The notes beneath the pieces are model-generated. The model saw nothing but the letters and a program-made list of their open reading frames with translations, did not search any database and was not told where the DNA came from. A DNA stretch of 64,000 nt from Raillietiella orientalis (lineage: Eukaryota), in contig JAYWIR010000032.1 of the NCBI GenBank assembly GCA_036172245.1, forward strand, positions 558,001 to 622,000. The letters run 5' to 3'. Of this stretch, positions 39,482 to 51,940 are shown piece after piece. The position numbers and the translations under genes are program-made. How positions within the stretch are numbered: position 1 is the stretch's first letter; every line of letters begins with the position of its first letter.

Positions 39482-39802
39482 CCCATCATAGCTCTGACCA
39501 CCTCATCTATCCGACTACTCATAACCTATTCATCTGTTTCTCACATAGCATGAATAAACTCCACAATAGATACATCTTCCACAATATGAATTACATACTT
39601 AGCTATCTATTCCATCAATACGCTTAGATGCATCATACTCCTACAAAAAAGAAACACACATTCACTAACTCATATCCTAACCTTCAGCTCCTTCTCCACC
39701 CCACCCCTACTATTCCTCATACTTCTAAACCTCTCCAATAAACCCCCCATACCAGATTTCCTACCAAAATGAATAACCTTAGAGCTAATCCCTACTCAAC
39801 CT
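39482..39802 (+). pseudogene. ND2: NUMT: nuclear copy of a mitochondrial ND2 (nad2) fragment
   Basis: G-poor, A/C-rich segment. In the invertebrate mitochondrial code it reads ALTTSSIRLLMTYSSVSHMAWM...TMWITYLAIYSI...LLNLSNKPPMPDFLPKWMTLELI in one frame. TGA codons at 39551, 39587 and 39770 fall where ND2 has Trp (..AYSSIxHxGWM; ..LPPxxGFLPKW). The SLGGLPP motif is degraded. Confidence 0.9.
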
Positions 39803-40213
39803 GGAAGAGGAAGCCAAGGAGACCACCGGCATCCACCGCCGGTTGATGGGCGGTTAGAAACGGCGAAATCGGTGATCCTCCCTTTGTTGGTCCCTCCCGG
39901 TGTCCCCTCCCTCCCTTTGTTCTTTCTTTTTTTATATATATTCCCCACTCTTATTTCGCTTCGTAGCTTTCTTGGTGTTTTTTGTTTTTATCTTAGTGCC
40001 TACGGAGCGAAACCAAAGATCCCTGACCCTTCCCACCCATTTTTTTTTTTTTTTGTTACCCACTTGTCCCTCCCCCATTCCGGACTCTCTGTTGTTCCGG
40101 CCTGCGTGACGGTGGACCCTCCTCAGCGTTTCTTGTAGTGTCGGTTGGGAACTTTGTTCCCAACTGGTTTATTTTTTTATAAAGGAAACTCTCCGGCGTG
40201 ACCGGCTGGAAAA
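39803..40213 (+). mobile_element. 3'-UTR/terminus fragment of the L1/Tx1-like family (copy E); 5' boundary uncertain
   Basis: T-rich UTR-like sequence ending TTTTTATAAAGGAAACTCTCCGGCGTGACCGGCTGGAAAA, the same terminal motif as copies A-D. Confidence 0.6.
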
Positions 40214-40450
40214 CTTCAGCAGAGTCAGCGCTCACCACCTTCACCACAACTCTTGTGTGAGGCAGGGAGGCAAATAGGTGCTCCAAGACAGTCTCCGTCG
40301 TGTGCTTCGTCACTTTCGATGCCTTCGATGGTGAGAAGCGAAAGTTTACCGTACTGCTGGAGGCGGGCTCCATTGAAGGATGCCACTTCTTGTGATTTCT
40401 CCAGCAGCCGCAGCTTGGTGGTGGTGGGAGTCGAAGTTTACGGATGCTCA
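40214..40450 (-). mobile_element. Possible decayed L1-type ORF2 C-terminal (zf-RVT) fragment
   Basis: Minus ORF has TTETVLEHLFASLPHTRVV, resembling the ETxxHLFxxCPxxxxVW motif. Confidence 0.3.
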
Positions 40451-43400
40451 CTTTACGCATTCCCACCCGAGAGTTTTGGGCTTTTCAAGTGGCTTGAAAG
40501 TAACTTAATTTATCTTAGAGCGCGCGATCCTTAAAAGGGTATACGGAGGACCATACGAATGTACGGGCTATCTTTAGGCTGCCCCATGCGCGTGCATAGG
40601 AGACACCAGAGTGAGATAAGACGCCGTATTTTCCAGGTCCGAGGGCCGGGGAGCTCAACGAAAGAGTGGTGAGGGAGAGGTCTTGTTCTTCCTGTCTTGG
40701 AGCTTCTCGGCGAGCAGTCCCGCGCTACTGAGGTTTTGATGCTCAGCCAGCCGTGCTGTGCCCGCGACGGAAAATGCTTGAGATGACTTGGATGGCGGAA
40801 GGGGAACAAACCGAATCAAGGAGAAGACTGCTCGGCGTTTGGGCGCTGCACTCTGACGAGCTGTAAAAACGCCTCACGGCTCGCTCCACAGCTGTGCACA
40901 AAATTTTCTGTGTGTGTGTGTGTGTGTGTTTTCCATTCAAGTTCTCCGAAGAAAAAATTTGTTCCATGTTCGCAGAATCACCAGGAAGGATCATTTCTGG
41001 ACACCAGGAAGTGGAACATCTTGGAAACGTCGTATGCCTTCCGCTACTAATGAAACGGCGTTCGGGTGAGCTCCACCTCCGACCGCTTGCGAAAGTCCCG
41101 TGGACGCCGGCCGGTGGCAACCGTGAAATGGAGGGAGAGCACGGAAAGGTCTTCTTGTCTTGAAGAAGCTTCTCGGCGAACAGTTCCGCACTGCTCAGGA
41201 AATAGAGGGAGGGGTAAAATCTGGCACTTTCCGTGGAAGAAGAACGCAGTTTCGTGCTTTCCAGAAAACCAATAAAGAGTAGCAAAAAAATAATGGAACC
41301 GGGAAGAGTTCATTTTGGGGAGCTGTATATCAGCAGGTCATTCCTGACAAATTAAGCGCAGATTGCTCTTCTGAAAGGGGGGAAAAAATTAAATAATTAA
41401 GTCCGGATGAATGTGGGAGCAAGAGATTCAACGTCCATTTTAACGGAAGTTGGAGGGAGACGAGATGAATTTCATCTAGTTTAGCTTTGCAATTTTTGAG
41501 AGTATCGTGATCATGGTCCTCGTTTCAGATGGATTTTCCACGGACCACGACGTCCCTGGGTGCAAACTCTGTTGCTAGGTGACGAGGGTTCCGTGTTTAC
41601 AAGGCGAAGAGAGCATTTACGCCACAGAAAGGGGGGGGGGGGAAACGGAAAAAAAAAAATTCCAATTTCTATTGGATGAGCGCATCTTTTTCCATCAGGT
41701 GGAAATATTCCAATTCCGTGATAAAAAAATAAAATAAAATAAATGAGGTTGTCGGTCAAGTCTTAGATGAGCGGATTACTTGGAGGAGATGGACCCGTGC
41801 GGAAATGCGGACGAAAGAGCGAGCAGCCTGTGCGCGAAAAAGCAGTGCATCAAGAGGAACGGGTGCTACCTTTTCGAAGCTTCAGCAGGGCTTTTGGTCG
41901 GGGCTTCCGTGAGGTCGCGTTTTTACTCATCAGGCGGACCGAAAAAGTCACCAAACACGATCCACGAGACCTGGGACGAGCAACCGGTTCGCGCCCAGAA
42001 CCGAGCCAAAAAAAAAAAAAAGAAAAGCCGCAGGCAGGGAAACCTTGAAACTCCAGGTTTGACTTGTAGAGTCCCCCCAGTTCCTTTTCCCGCCTGCGCC
42101 GCGGCGAAGGCCTGGATGGCTGCACCCTCCCTCGGCTGGAGCGCAACACCGCGCACGGGTGTCCCTCCACCAGCAGCGCCTCCGCGTCTGGCGCCAAGCG
42201 CTCGGGAGTCGCGCGCCACCGCGAGCGATTCCCTCCTCTCGGGAGGATGCAGCCCGCCGCACCAGAGAGACAGCGGCCCGTGCGTATCCGGCGGGGCTGT
42301 GGAAGACCTCCCCAAGCCGTGGCGCAGCTGAGGCTGAGTTATGATTGCTCCTGAAATTAGTTACTGGGGCGGAGAGTTCGTGATTCGAAAAGGACAAATT
42401 ACAAAAAATGAGGAGACGAAATGAATCGATTTCATAAATGCATTCATCTTCAGCTCCGTCGTAAATTTCATCAGCCCATCAATAGAAAGATGGAGCGACA
42501 CGACTTTTTATCAAAAACCTTCGAAAACCGGAAAACAAAGAGGCGCAAATCCTCCTCCTATTAGAAACTTTTCGGGCGAGCGCCACAGCCGAAGAGAAGC
42601 CACCTGTAAATTCTCGTGGTGCACGTGGTGTGTCAGCCGACGCAAAACGCAGCTTCTCTCGCTCGCGCAGGGATCAGCAAAAAAGAGGCGCGCGCGCCAA
42701 AAAAAAAAAAAAAAAAGGACTCAAACGTAAACTGGCCGTCATCAAGAGGAACTCGATCCGAAAGCCGGAGACGCCGCACGCTCGCTTGGACTCGGAATCG
42801 TCCTTTGCTACGGGGAATTTATGGTCCCGCTTTCAGGAACGATCCCCTTTCAAACCGGGATGCAAGCAAGATTCAGTGCTTTCCAAATGGAGTTCGACAC
42901 AGCCTGCTGTCAGCCGTTCTCCCGGCATCCTCAGGAAGAGGGAGCATCGCCTCCTGCGCGCAACCCTTTCGCGGTGCTTTCGGTGGGGAGACTGCGTTTT
43001 CTCTGAAAACAAGAGGTTCCCGCCAGGCCGAACTGCTCCTTTCAGATGGGGCAGTTTCCTCAGGAGCGATTCCTAATTAGTCTGTCGTGCAAGGACCGAT
43101 GAAGAAGGAAACAGGGATAAGGCACCCGCTCGGACGTACCGCTCCATCTCGAAGAAGATCGCGGACGTTGCCCAAGCGAGTAAACTGCCCTCCAGTTCCC
43201 GAGTGACCCCGTGGAAACTTTGGATCAGGTGTCTGAATAAGTGTGCCTGAGCGAAGAGAAACTGTCGACAAACCAAATTACCCCCACCGCTCGTCGGGCC
43301 TGGGGAAAATGTCCTCACGGGGAGAGCACGAATGTCTCTCTGGGAGCGTTCAGGGTCCTTCACTGCTGGCTCAGCTATTTCGAAAAAGATTCTGAAAGCT

Positions 43401-44779
43401 GGCAGAGCGTGGCTTCAAGTGACAGAGGCAGTTGCCACGTGCCTTCTGGTGTCTCCAAGTCACCTTTTGGATTGTAACAATGGCCGCCAGGCGGCACGAG
43501 GACAGCCCCGGAGCTGTGCTGAGAGTCAAAACGAAGAGGGGGGGGGGGGGAAGGAAAAAAAAAAATCACACCGTGTGAACGCGTTCAGGAGATCCCCACG
43601 CAGCATGCGGCGAGGAAACACCGGTCGCTTGGTCCAGCGTTTCGTGCGGTCCGTAATTCATCCGTCTCTCTGCGCTGCTTCCAACCCCGATCTACAAGAC
43701 CAGCTGGTCATTCAAAGGCGCTCGCCCTGTGATTCATTCGCCAAGCTGCAGACGTGAGGCCTCGTATCGTAATTCAGCCGACACGAAATTTTTCGCCGTC
43801 TTCCCATTCATCCGTGGAGCGCCTTCTGTGGTTTGCGGTTCCATTTTCCAGAGTCGCATTTCCAATGGAGGATAGGCAGGCTGCTGCTGGCGCACCCACC
43901 GGCGTTCCTGGAGAACTGGGGAAAGCCCTTGCGGCACTCCCATCCCGGATCGCCGAGGCGCCGTTATTCGGAATCGACGAAAACGGAAAATCGCGCGCTA
44001 AGGAAAGGACCGGCGCCAAGGAGACCAGACTTCTCTGGAGACGTTACTAGGGAGGAGTTCGAGCAAGGCCCGCCGCCGCCGAACGAAAGAGGAAACGGAC
44101 AACAGGGACGGATGATGGGAAATCCTTCCGGGCTCTTCTGTTTCCGGTTTTTTGAGGGAGTTTCTTTCTTTTTTTGGTTTGCCAGGTACCCAAGAACTGT
44201 TCCTTTAGGGGCTCGAGAAGTTATTTGACACTGACCACGCCACCAGAGGGTAGGTGCGACTCTACATGTTATAAGAGATGACCCAAGAAGGACCACCCTG
44301 TCAATCTAGGAAGGCTCCGGAGGAAGGGGCCCGATTCTCTCACGTTTGGGTGGGAACCCCGAAGGCAACACTCTGCCCTGGTTGTCTCCGAAGGGAAGGG
44401 AACTTCCTTATTCCTTCTGAAGGGACCTTCCGGAGGGTACAACGCGTCATTTCTTCTCCGAAGGAGACCCGGAAAGGATGAACTCCATGTTTCCTCCTCT
44501 GAAAAAAACCCCGAAAGGGGCGTTTTCAAATTTCTCTGAGGGACGCCTCCCTGAAGGAAGCAGCACGCTCGCTGGCACTCTGGAGAGGCGTCGTACCCCC
44601 GAGGGAGGCATCAATCAGCAACCATTACGGCTTCATTTTCACAACTGGCGGGGAACGCTTTGGAAGAACCGGAGGGGAAGCTTTGTGCACGGGCAAGATT
44701 ACAGCCGAGGGGAATTCCATGGCTCACTGATTCCCGGAAGGACCTTGGAAGGTTAATTTTCAATCTTGTCCAATCAACG

Positions 44780-45505
44780 AGGCCATCCGTCTTCCACCAG
44801 TGCCGCACCCTCCCCTTAAAGTGACAGGAATCGACGTTGATACTGCTGTACTGGGTCCTCCTGTGCTACGCCCGCCGGCATCAGTGGATACGGGGGAAGA
44901 GGGTGAACTCAAACTGCGCAAGGTGCGGGGAGCAAGAATCCCTCCCGTACCTTCTAGTGGACTGTGAGGACTCTTTTCCGCGACCCTTGGAACCCCCGGC
45001 GGCAACGCCACAGACGTTTGAAAGCTCCTCTTCTTGAGAGATGCCCTCATGCCGGCAGACAGCATCCCTAGCAGCACTGCGCTGCCCACGCGGCGGGCCC
45101 GTGGCTGCATGAAGCAGCCACGCCAGAGAACAGAACGACAGGGATGCCATCTGCTTTGCTGTCCTCTTCATGAGAACAGCGTCAAGAAGGTCTCACCTGG
45201 GAGCCATGAAACAGGAACTTGCCGGCATCCTTACAGGGATGCAGAGGATACTCTCCAGCACCCAGTGGTCCCTTCCCGAACCCCTCCATTTTTTTGACTG
45301 TATTTTTTTTGGTTTTCTTTTCTTTTTTTTTTTGATTGTCTTCCCTTCCCCTGTGATGCCAAGGCGAGCACCACCTCCCTGAGTGCCAGATCCCGGCAGG
45401 TTCCTTCTCGTTGTTGTAGGTAACGAGGCAGGATCGAACGTCCTGCCACATTCGTGTACGTTTATTTTATAAATAAACGCCTCGGCGTGACCCGGCTGGT
45501 GTCAA
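44780..45505 (+). mobile_element. L1/Tx1-like retrotransposon 3' part (copy B)
   Basis: LLYWVLLCYARRHQW..NCARCGEQESLPYLLVDC (zf-RVT-like CxxC..E..[H]L..C), then AICFAVLFMRTASRRSHLGAMKQELAGILTGMQR. Terminus TATAAATAAACGCCTCGGCGTGACCCGGCTGGTGTCAA. No TSD found. Confidence 0.8.
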
Positions 45506-45546
45506 CGAGTGCTGCACTCGAAGCTTCAGTTCGACCAGCGCCCTCC

Positions 45547-45666
45547 TGCGAAGGGATAGCGAACCCACGACGCACCCATTTCTCTGGCGTCGATTTTTTC
45601 CCGGGTGGGATTCGAGCCCGCCACACCTGATTGGACGCGCGGAGACCGTAGCCACACGGCCTCCAA
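45547..45666 (-). mobile_element. tRNA-derived SINE (copy 1)
   Basis: Minus strand has an A-box-like GTGTGGCTACGG, B-box GGCTCGAATCC and a 22-nt core AGAAATGGGTGCGTCGTGGGTT identical to the copy at 50252-50386. Confidence 0.7.
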
Positions 45667-46199
45667 AGCGGGTCAGCTCTTTGAACGGAAGTATTTCAAT
45701 CGTCAGCTCTTGGTTCCGAGGTTCCGGGATTCGAGCGGGTGGGTCCCCACGGCTTTTCGTGGGTCCACGGCAGGCAGGCGGCCACGAAGGCGGTGGAGAA
45801 GAGCGACAAAGTCCGCCAGTCCTCAAGCAGGAGTCTGAAGATGCTTACGAGCCCCTGCTTCGGAATCTTCGGCGAGGGCCTCGAAGAAGCCCTCCCTTAG
45901 CATTCCATCGGCTGGGCTACCTCCATCCATAAAAATTTCGCGAAAGTCGGTGTTTCTGTTGCGACATCAAGGCAAACAAGATTTTTCCAGAAGAGGTGCC
46001 ATTCCGCAAATCATAAAAGGTCTCCGTTTATTTGGTCAGCAAACATAAAGACACGTCTGAAGAACGGCTTCCTGTCCTGTCCAGCTGAATTGCTCGCCGC
46101 GGTGCAGGAAGGTCCACCTCGGTCCTTCAACGTTCACTCGCGTGTTTGCTTTCGACGACCACTGATATCATCTCCCTTGGTACTTCCGAAAGCTCAGAA

Positions 46200-46950
46200 A
46201 GATGGGGCTTGGGCGAAATCGTCGATGGTGGCGGTTGATGCGACGTGGGCTGGACGGCCTCATGGATCCGCTTGGGGATCCCACGGACAGGTACTTGAAG
46301 TACTTTGGCGTTCCATTGGGGTACTTCTATCCTGCAGAAGTCTGGTCAGGCCGTCTTCAGAGGTGTAGTTGGCGATCGATCCAACCCTCCTGGAGGGAAA
46401 CTTTTACTTACAGGAACTGGCTGCCGTCTGGAACACGTTTGCTGCTCCTCTCCCCTCCCCCTACTTTTTGTTTGTCCCCGTCCCCCCCTCGAGGTGAAAA
46501 TGCAGACAAAGGACCTTCTGCGCATCGCCCTGTGGGGCAACGGGAAGGCCCGAGTCCCGCTGAAGGACTTATGTGCTCCGCGTCGGGATGGCGATCTGGG
46601 CCTTCTGATGCTGGAGCGGATGGAATGTCAGCTGCAGTGGCGAGCCATGACCATCGCAGCGAAGTCACGGAGCACCCTATGGTGAGTTCTGGCACGTCTC
46701 CTTGCCATACGCGAGGCCAGGTAGAAAAGACTCTCGTCTGTCCTCTCGTGCTCGCGCCCCAACGTGCGAAGATGCAGTCTTCTCCTGGGTCTCATGGTCA
46801 CCCTGGCGAAGGAGAACGGCCGGATGGTCTTCTGCTCCGCCAACTCTAGCGCATGGCTAGAGGAAGCAGTTGACGCGTGGGCGAAGTTCAACGGGACGGG
46901 AACCGAGAGGTGGAACTGCCTGCGACTTGGCATTCCGAAGAAATGCCGCA
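46200..46950 (+). mobile_element. L1/Tx1-like ORF2 fragment (RT domain 7 and thumb)
   Basis: RYLKYFGVPLG (KYLG motif), then after a frameshift ALWGNGKARVPLKDLCAPRRDGDLGL (the FLW..R...L..P...GGLG motif typical of L1/Tx1) and WLEEAVDAWAKF. Confidence 0.8.
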
Positions 46951-47517
46951 GAAGTCGCTATGTTGATCCGGGATCCAGCCTTTGGTGTTCTGATGGAGCT
47001 CAGGAGGCCATCACTCGTGGTAGCCGCTACAGCATCACTTTCGCTTCAAAAATACCGGGAATTGCCTCCAGTTTTTGCTGCACATTCTTGCGGGGGCGGG
47101 AAGGACAGACCATGGAACCTTTCAGCTCCCCATTAAATTCGCTGCACTCTGCCGCAGAGTTTCTTCCATTAGCCTGAACCTCCTCGCGAGATGATGGAAT
47201 TGTCAAAGGCATCACACTGCGGTGAGCCTGATAAATGTGAAAGCGATCTTCGTGAGGATGAGCGGAACGCCGAGGACTGACCGAGACGGCTGCGTCCGTT
47301 TGAATAAAGTCTCGCGGGTGAGTACCATTCTCATCTGCTGCCGATGAAGCAAAAAAAACTTCCTCCGCCCCGATCACGGTTTTTACGACTCGGTGCATTC
47401 AGCTTTTAGTGGCGGGACTGCACGTCACTCGTGACTGACGTCAGTGCACTCTTGCGGCGATCGCACGAGTGACAATGCCAACGCTGCAAACCCATCGGGA
47501 CGGAAAATCGTCGGGTC

Positions 47518-49794
47518 GTGGGCCACGAGCTCGTCAGCCCAGATGCATCTTCGCAAGGCACCGACACCCATTTCGGATTCTGCGGGGCCGATTCGCCTTT
47601 GATGCCTTTCGGTGAACGACGATCCGTTACAGAGCTCCGACTGATTTTGGCCGTCATGGGGTTGACTGCTTCGGCGAGAGCTTGTCTCGTAGCAACCCCA
47701 CGCAAACCGGGAGCCTTTCTGTTCGTCTACCGAGCGAAGTCTCCCGACCGATGGGAAAAGGAGTTCAGGAAGGTGACGCCACTCATGGTTACCGCTTGCC
47801 GGACGCCGGTTTCCGGAAGCACCATCAGGAACGCCCCCTTCCGTCGACCGGCCGCTTCCGAGGTTCCCATCGACAGAACAGATCGATGGGAATACCCATC
47901 CTCGGCTTGCCGATGTGCGCTTGGAATTCTGCGATCCCCGCCGTTGAATCGGAACGCCATTGGCGGCGGGAGGCGCGAAACTAGAGAAAGGCATGATCTG
48001 AGTGGACGCTCTGCTTCTGGACCACGTCAGACGAAACAGCGTCCTGATTCACTTTAACGCTTCTTCGAGGGCACTTTTCCAACCCCAGAAGCAGAAAAAA
48101 GATAAGCGCAGGTTTCGAAAGATACCCCCCACCCACGCTGCCCGTGCCCTTGTTAGGCTCGTAGATAAGGTGGGTTCTCCGCCCGCTTTTTGCAGCGTGT
48201 GTGACTCGTGGTCATCTCCGCACAGTGCGCACGCCTGCCATTTCCAATCCATCATAGGCACTCGAGGTGTCAAATGTTCGCCCTACGGGAAAAGCAAGCG
48301 TCCGTCGTTGCCCGTTCCCTCCCCAACGTGCCTCGTCTGCTCTCGTGGGCTCGACCGCGTGATGCATCCAGATCGATGCCCCCTATTAAGTAGCATTAAA
48401 AGGCGAACGATGGACCTCCTCAGAATCGGCTTCTGGAACACAGTCAAGTCCTGAGTCCGCCTACAGGACTAGTGAGCTACGCGCCGCCGCGGAGAACTCG
48501 ACCTCCCAGGCTCCCAGCGTCACCTGACGCTGGGAGCCTAGAGCGGCAGCTCCAGTGGAGGACGCTTGCCCTGGTGGCAGAGCATTGGAGCACCAACTGG
48601 TGCGAGCCTGCACGACACGTGGTCAAGCGACCCACCAACTACGCGGTACTGTCTTCGTTCCTGGCGCGGCAACGCTGAAGCAACGTGTCCCACTGCGGAA
48701 TGGAGCTCCGGCGGGTGGTGATGCTGACCAGGGTCAACAACTGAATCTTCTATCGTTCCACGAACAGTAGTGCCTGGTTGCATGAAACCGTTCTCACGTA
48801 GGCCAAGAACAACGAAGCGAGCCCGGAGATGCGGCAGCGACTGCTGCACTCCTCCTACAACAACTGCTCGCTGCAGGACATCATCGTACAGCCCACCATG
48901 TGTGCGTGGGTGCAAAGAACCTCCCTAGCCTCTGCACTACCCTCCTTCAGGGAACACCTGGCCCGCCAAATAGGAGGCCATTTGCCAAATAGGTCATCGG
49001 ACGACGGAATTGGGCGGTTGGATCACGGACCAGCTCACGGACGCTGCGACCCCAAGTGCCCACCGAAGGGACTATTGCGCTGGGGTCAGCTGCTGGAAAT
49101 ACCACATGAAGACCTCGAGTGAACGCTGAAGAACAGCTGAGCCACAGGGAGGCGGCACTTCTGCTGCTGCACTGGGGTCTCCCGTGCTACGCCCGTCCGT
49201 CTCACTGGACCCGGGGGACTGTCGACCTCAACAGTTGCAGGTGCAGGAAACGGGAATCCCAGCTCTCGCATCTCTCCTAGACTGCGTTGCCCTCCGGTCC
49301 CTGTGGTTACACTACCCTTGGTGCACCGACGAGCAGTCCCAGGGACGAGATGAAGAGCCCTTTCGCCTGCCGCATCCCCAGCAGCTCCTTGCTGCCGCCT
49401 ACGCGGGATTGCGGCGTTCCGGAGCTACTCGAGAGGAGGACGGGTCGATAGACAACACGCATCTGCTTCGCCCAGCGCTTCATGAGGACGGCAGCAAGAT
49501 GACCCTACCTGGGACATACTCGGATCGAGATTGCAGGTATCCTGGAAAGGATGCAGAGGACGCCCTTCAGCGGACAGTGATCCCTTTCCGTGCCCCCCAG
49601 AGTGTTTTTTATTAAATATCGATTTTTATTCTTTTTTGTCCCTCTCCCCTCCGCTGCCGAGGCGAACCTCGCCGACCTGTGTGCCGGTTACTCTGCAGGT
49701 TCCGAACATTTTCGGACGATGTAGGGCCGATGGTTCTACGCATGTATGGTTATTGTTTTTTATAATAAACGTTCCGGCGTGACCGGGTGATAAA
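47518..49794 (+). mobile_element. Internally deleted L1/Tx1-like retrotransposon (copy C); 5' end approximate
   Basis: ORF1-like region with knuckle CSVCDSWSSPHSAHAC (~48190-48240). ORF2 start MDLLRIGFWN at 48410 (APE endonuclease N-terminal motif); RT core absent. C-terminus LLLHWGLPCYAR..CRCRKRES, ICFAQRFMRTAAR; terminus TATAATAAACGTTCCGGCGTGACCGGGTGATAAA. Confidence 0.8.
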
Positions 49795-50251
49795 CCAGAC
49801 CGCATTTTCTCAATGCCCCCCTCCCCCTACGTTGCGCAGTAATTGGGGCGAACAGCTGTGAGGCACAAAACGCAGAGGAGGGAGGGCCCAGTACGTTTCC
49901 GAGGCAACGGCAAGTGCGCATCCGCCGCTGGTCGTGCGGTTTGGTTCACTGCCCGATTCGCGTTCAGGACAAAGAGGAACGGACAGAGCGTAACTGCCGC
50001 AGGGGGTTCCAAAGAGGACGGAGTTCCGAGGCTGCTCCTCCGGGTGAATTCCGAAGAGCTTAGACTGAATGACATTGTGGAATATCGGCGCGAGGCGACC
50101 CGGGGCGCAAACGAACGCACAGAATGCAGCACTCAAAGAGTGGGGTGAATGTTGGCAGACGATCTCAGGAAGGCAGAAGAGAGCATTGGATCTCGATCGA
50201 CGATGTCCTCCACTCACGCGGCATTCTGCAGAGTGTTCTTCAGCCGCCTCC

Positions 50252-50386
50252 TTGGCGGTCGTGTGGAGCGGCGGTAGGCGTAGGATTCTCCGCAGGCGTA
50301 GCATCAAGCGTTGCGGGTTCGAATCTCGCAAGGGGAAGAATCCACACCAAAGAAATGGGTGCGTCGTGGGTTTCCCTTCGCAAAAA
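50252..50386 (+). mobile_element. tRNA-derived SINE (copy 2)
   Basis: A-box-like TGGAGCGGCGG, B-box GGTTCGAATC (50316-50325), shared core AGAAATGGGTGCGTCGTGGGTT..CCCTTCGCA and a short A run. No proper cloverleaf. Confidence 0.7.
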
Positions 50387-50999
50387 TTCAAAAGCATCCC
50401 TGAGAGGTTCTCTTCAAAGAAGGACACAAAGAGCGGTTTCCTCGAGAGAATAAATTCAGGAGCCCATCCTTTTCAAGTTCCCTTCGTAGAAGAAATGACG
50501 CGTGCTCCCCTCCGAGAGTTCCCACCAGAGGGAATAAAGAAGAGGTTCCCTTCTAGATTCCCTCCCAGGAGTGTGAAGAGTGAACTTTTCCTCCGGAAAA
50601 GTCCGCTTCTTGATTTATAGGGTGGTCGCCTCCCATGGTACCCCCACCAACTCGAAGAGTTGCACCTATCTTCGGATGGCGTGGACAGTGTCAAAGGGTT
50701 TCGTGCCTCCTCTCCCTGATGAGGCAAACGGTTCCTGTGCATGTTGTCGCCAAGAGGCTAGAAGAGCAAAGAAGGATGACATGTTGATATCGGTAATTTT
50801 TATTTTTTCGCTTCTCCGCCGAACAGAAAACTCAATCATCCGCTGCCAGAAGCGACCGTTCCTGTTCGGGAAAATCCTTGGATGTTCAAAGAGAGACGCT
50901 TTCCTTGAGCAATGCTAATAGATGCTTGGCCAAAGCTTGAGTGAATGGGGGTGGTCTTCCAGCCTCTAGTATGATGAAAGCAACTCAAGAAAAAGCCCT

Positions 51000-51940
51000 T
51001 GCTTCTTCCCTGCATCGCTTCCTTCACGTAAGAGCAACCCAAGGGATCCTGGACAGCATCCGAAGTAACACTTGGCATTCTCCGAAGGGAATTCATCAAC
51101 GTGTGTTCGGAAAGCACAACGACAGCATTCCAAAGATGCGCGGAGGAAAGAAGGATAGATGCGTACTACAAGCCTTTCGATGTCGGCTGTCCGATTCAGC
51201 TCACGCCACCATCATCGGACCGTGGGACACCTAGAGCAACGGTATTTAGTAAGAACCGGGAATCCCAGAAGAGCACGGTTCCATGATCAAGTGAGCGAAG
51301 GGCTTTCATCCAAGGAGGAGCGGAACAAAGGGAGCGGGCTCTTTGCGACCCTCACCATCCCAGTGCCCTGCCCATAGGTGATGATGCGGACTCCGAAAAT
51401 CCTTCTTCGCATCCGCGTCGGCTGCTGCATGTTCTTGGGTGTTTCCTCCATGGAATATCGTGGCCATACCTTACAGCCAACCACAAGGCGCAGCCGTGTG
51501 ATCTCTAGCTGCTGCATCACCTTTTCATCCTGGGGTCCACAGGATTCAAGCACATTACGACTCGGGGGGTCACTTGAAGTCAACAAGGTGGCAGGGTGGC
51601 ACTCGAAATTCGCCCGGGGTGCTTTGGAAGAAGTGTAGAAAGTACCCTTAGCCATGTTGTTGATCAACTAAATGTTGGTAAAAGTGTTCCTCAAGGTCCC
51701 GAGCAGGTGGGCTTCACCTACTAATATGACCAGACAAACTTCTTCCATAGGGAACTCTGAGCAGCCCAGTACGGACGACACCATTCTAAAAAAAAAGGAT
51801 TGCAAGGTGGAGGAGGACGCAGAAAACGTCGGGGATGACCATTCTTGTTTCCTGGAGCAGTGCCAGATCTGGATGGAGACCAGAGTCCATTGCGGGGAGT
51901 AGATTTACATCTCCAGCAGGTGAGTCGATGCGTCCTGTCT
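51000..51940 (-). mobile_element. Decayed non-LTR APE endonuclease and tether region
   Basis: RLTCW.., HPDLALLQETR (51843-51875), LVDFK (GDFN-like), SLDHGTV (SDH-like, ~51281-51294) and a downstream IPW occur in the expected order; many frameshifts. Confidence 0.6.

Noticed and set aside
39682..40220. CTTCAGC direct repeat as the TSD of copy E
   Set aside because: The left copy lies inside the uninterrupted ND2 reading frame, so it is a chance 7-mer.
50252..50340. Functional tRNA gene
   Set aside because: A and B boxes are present but no acceptor or anticodon stems could be folded, and it shares a non-tRNA tail with a second copy, so it is a SINE.
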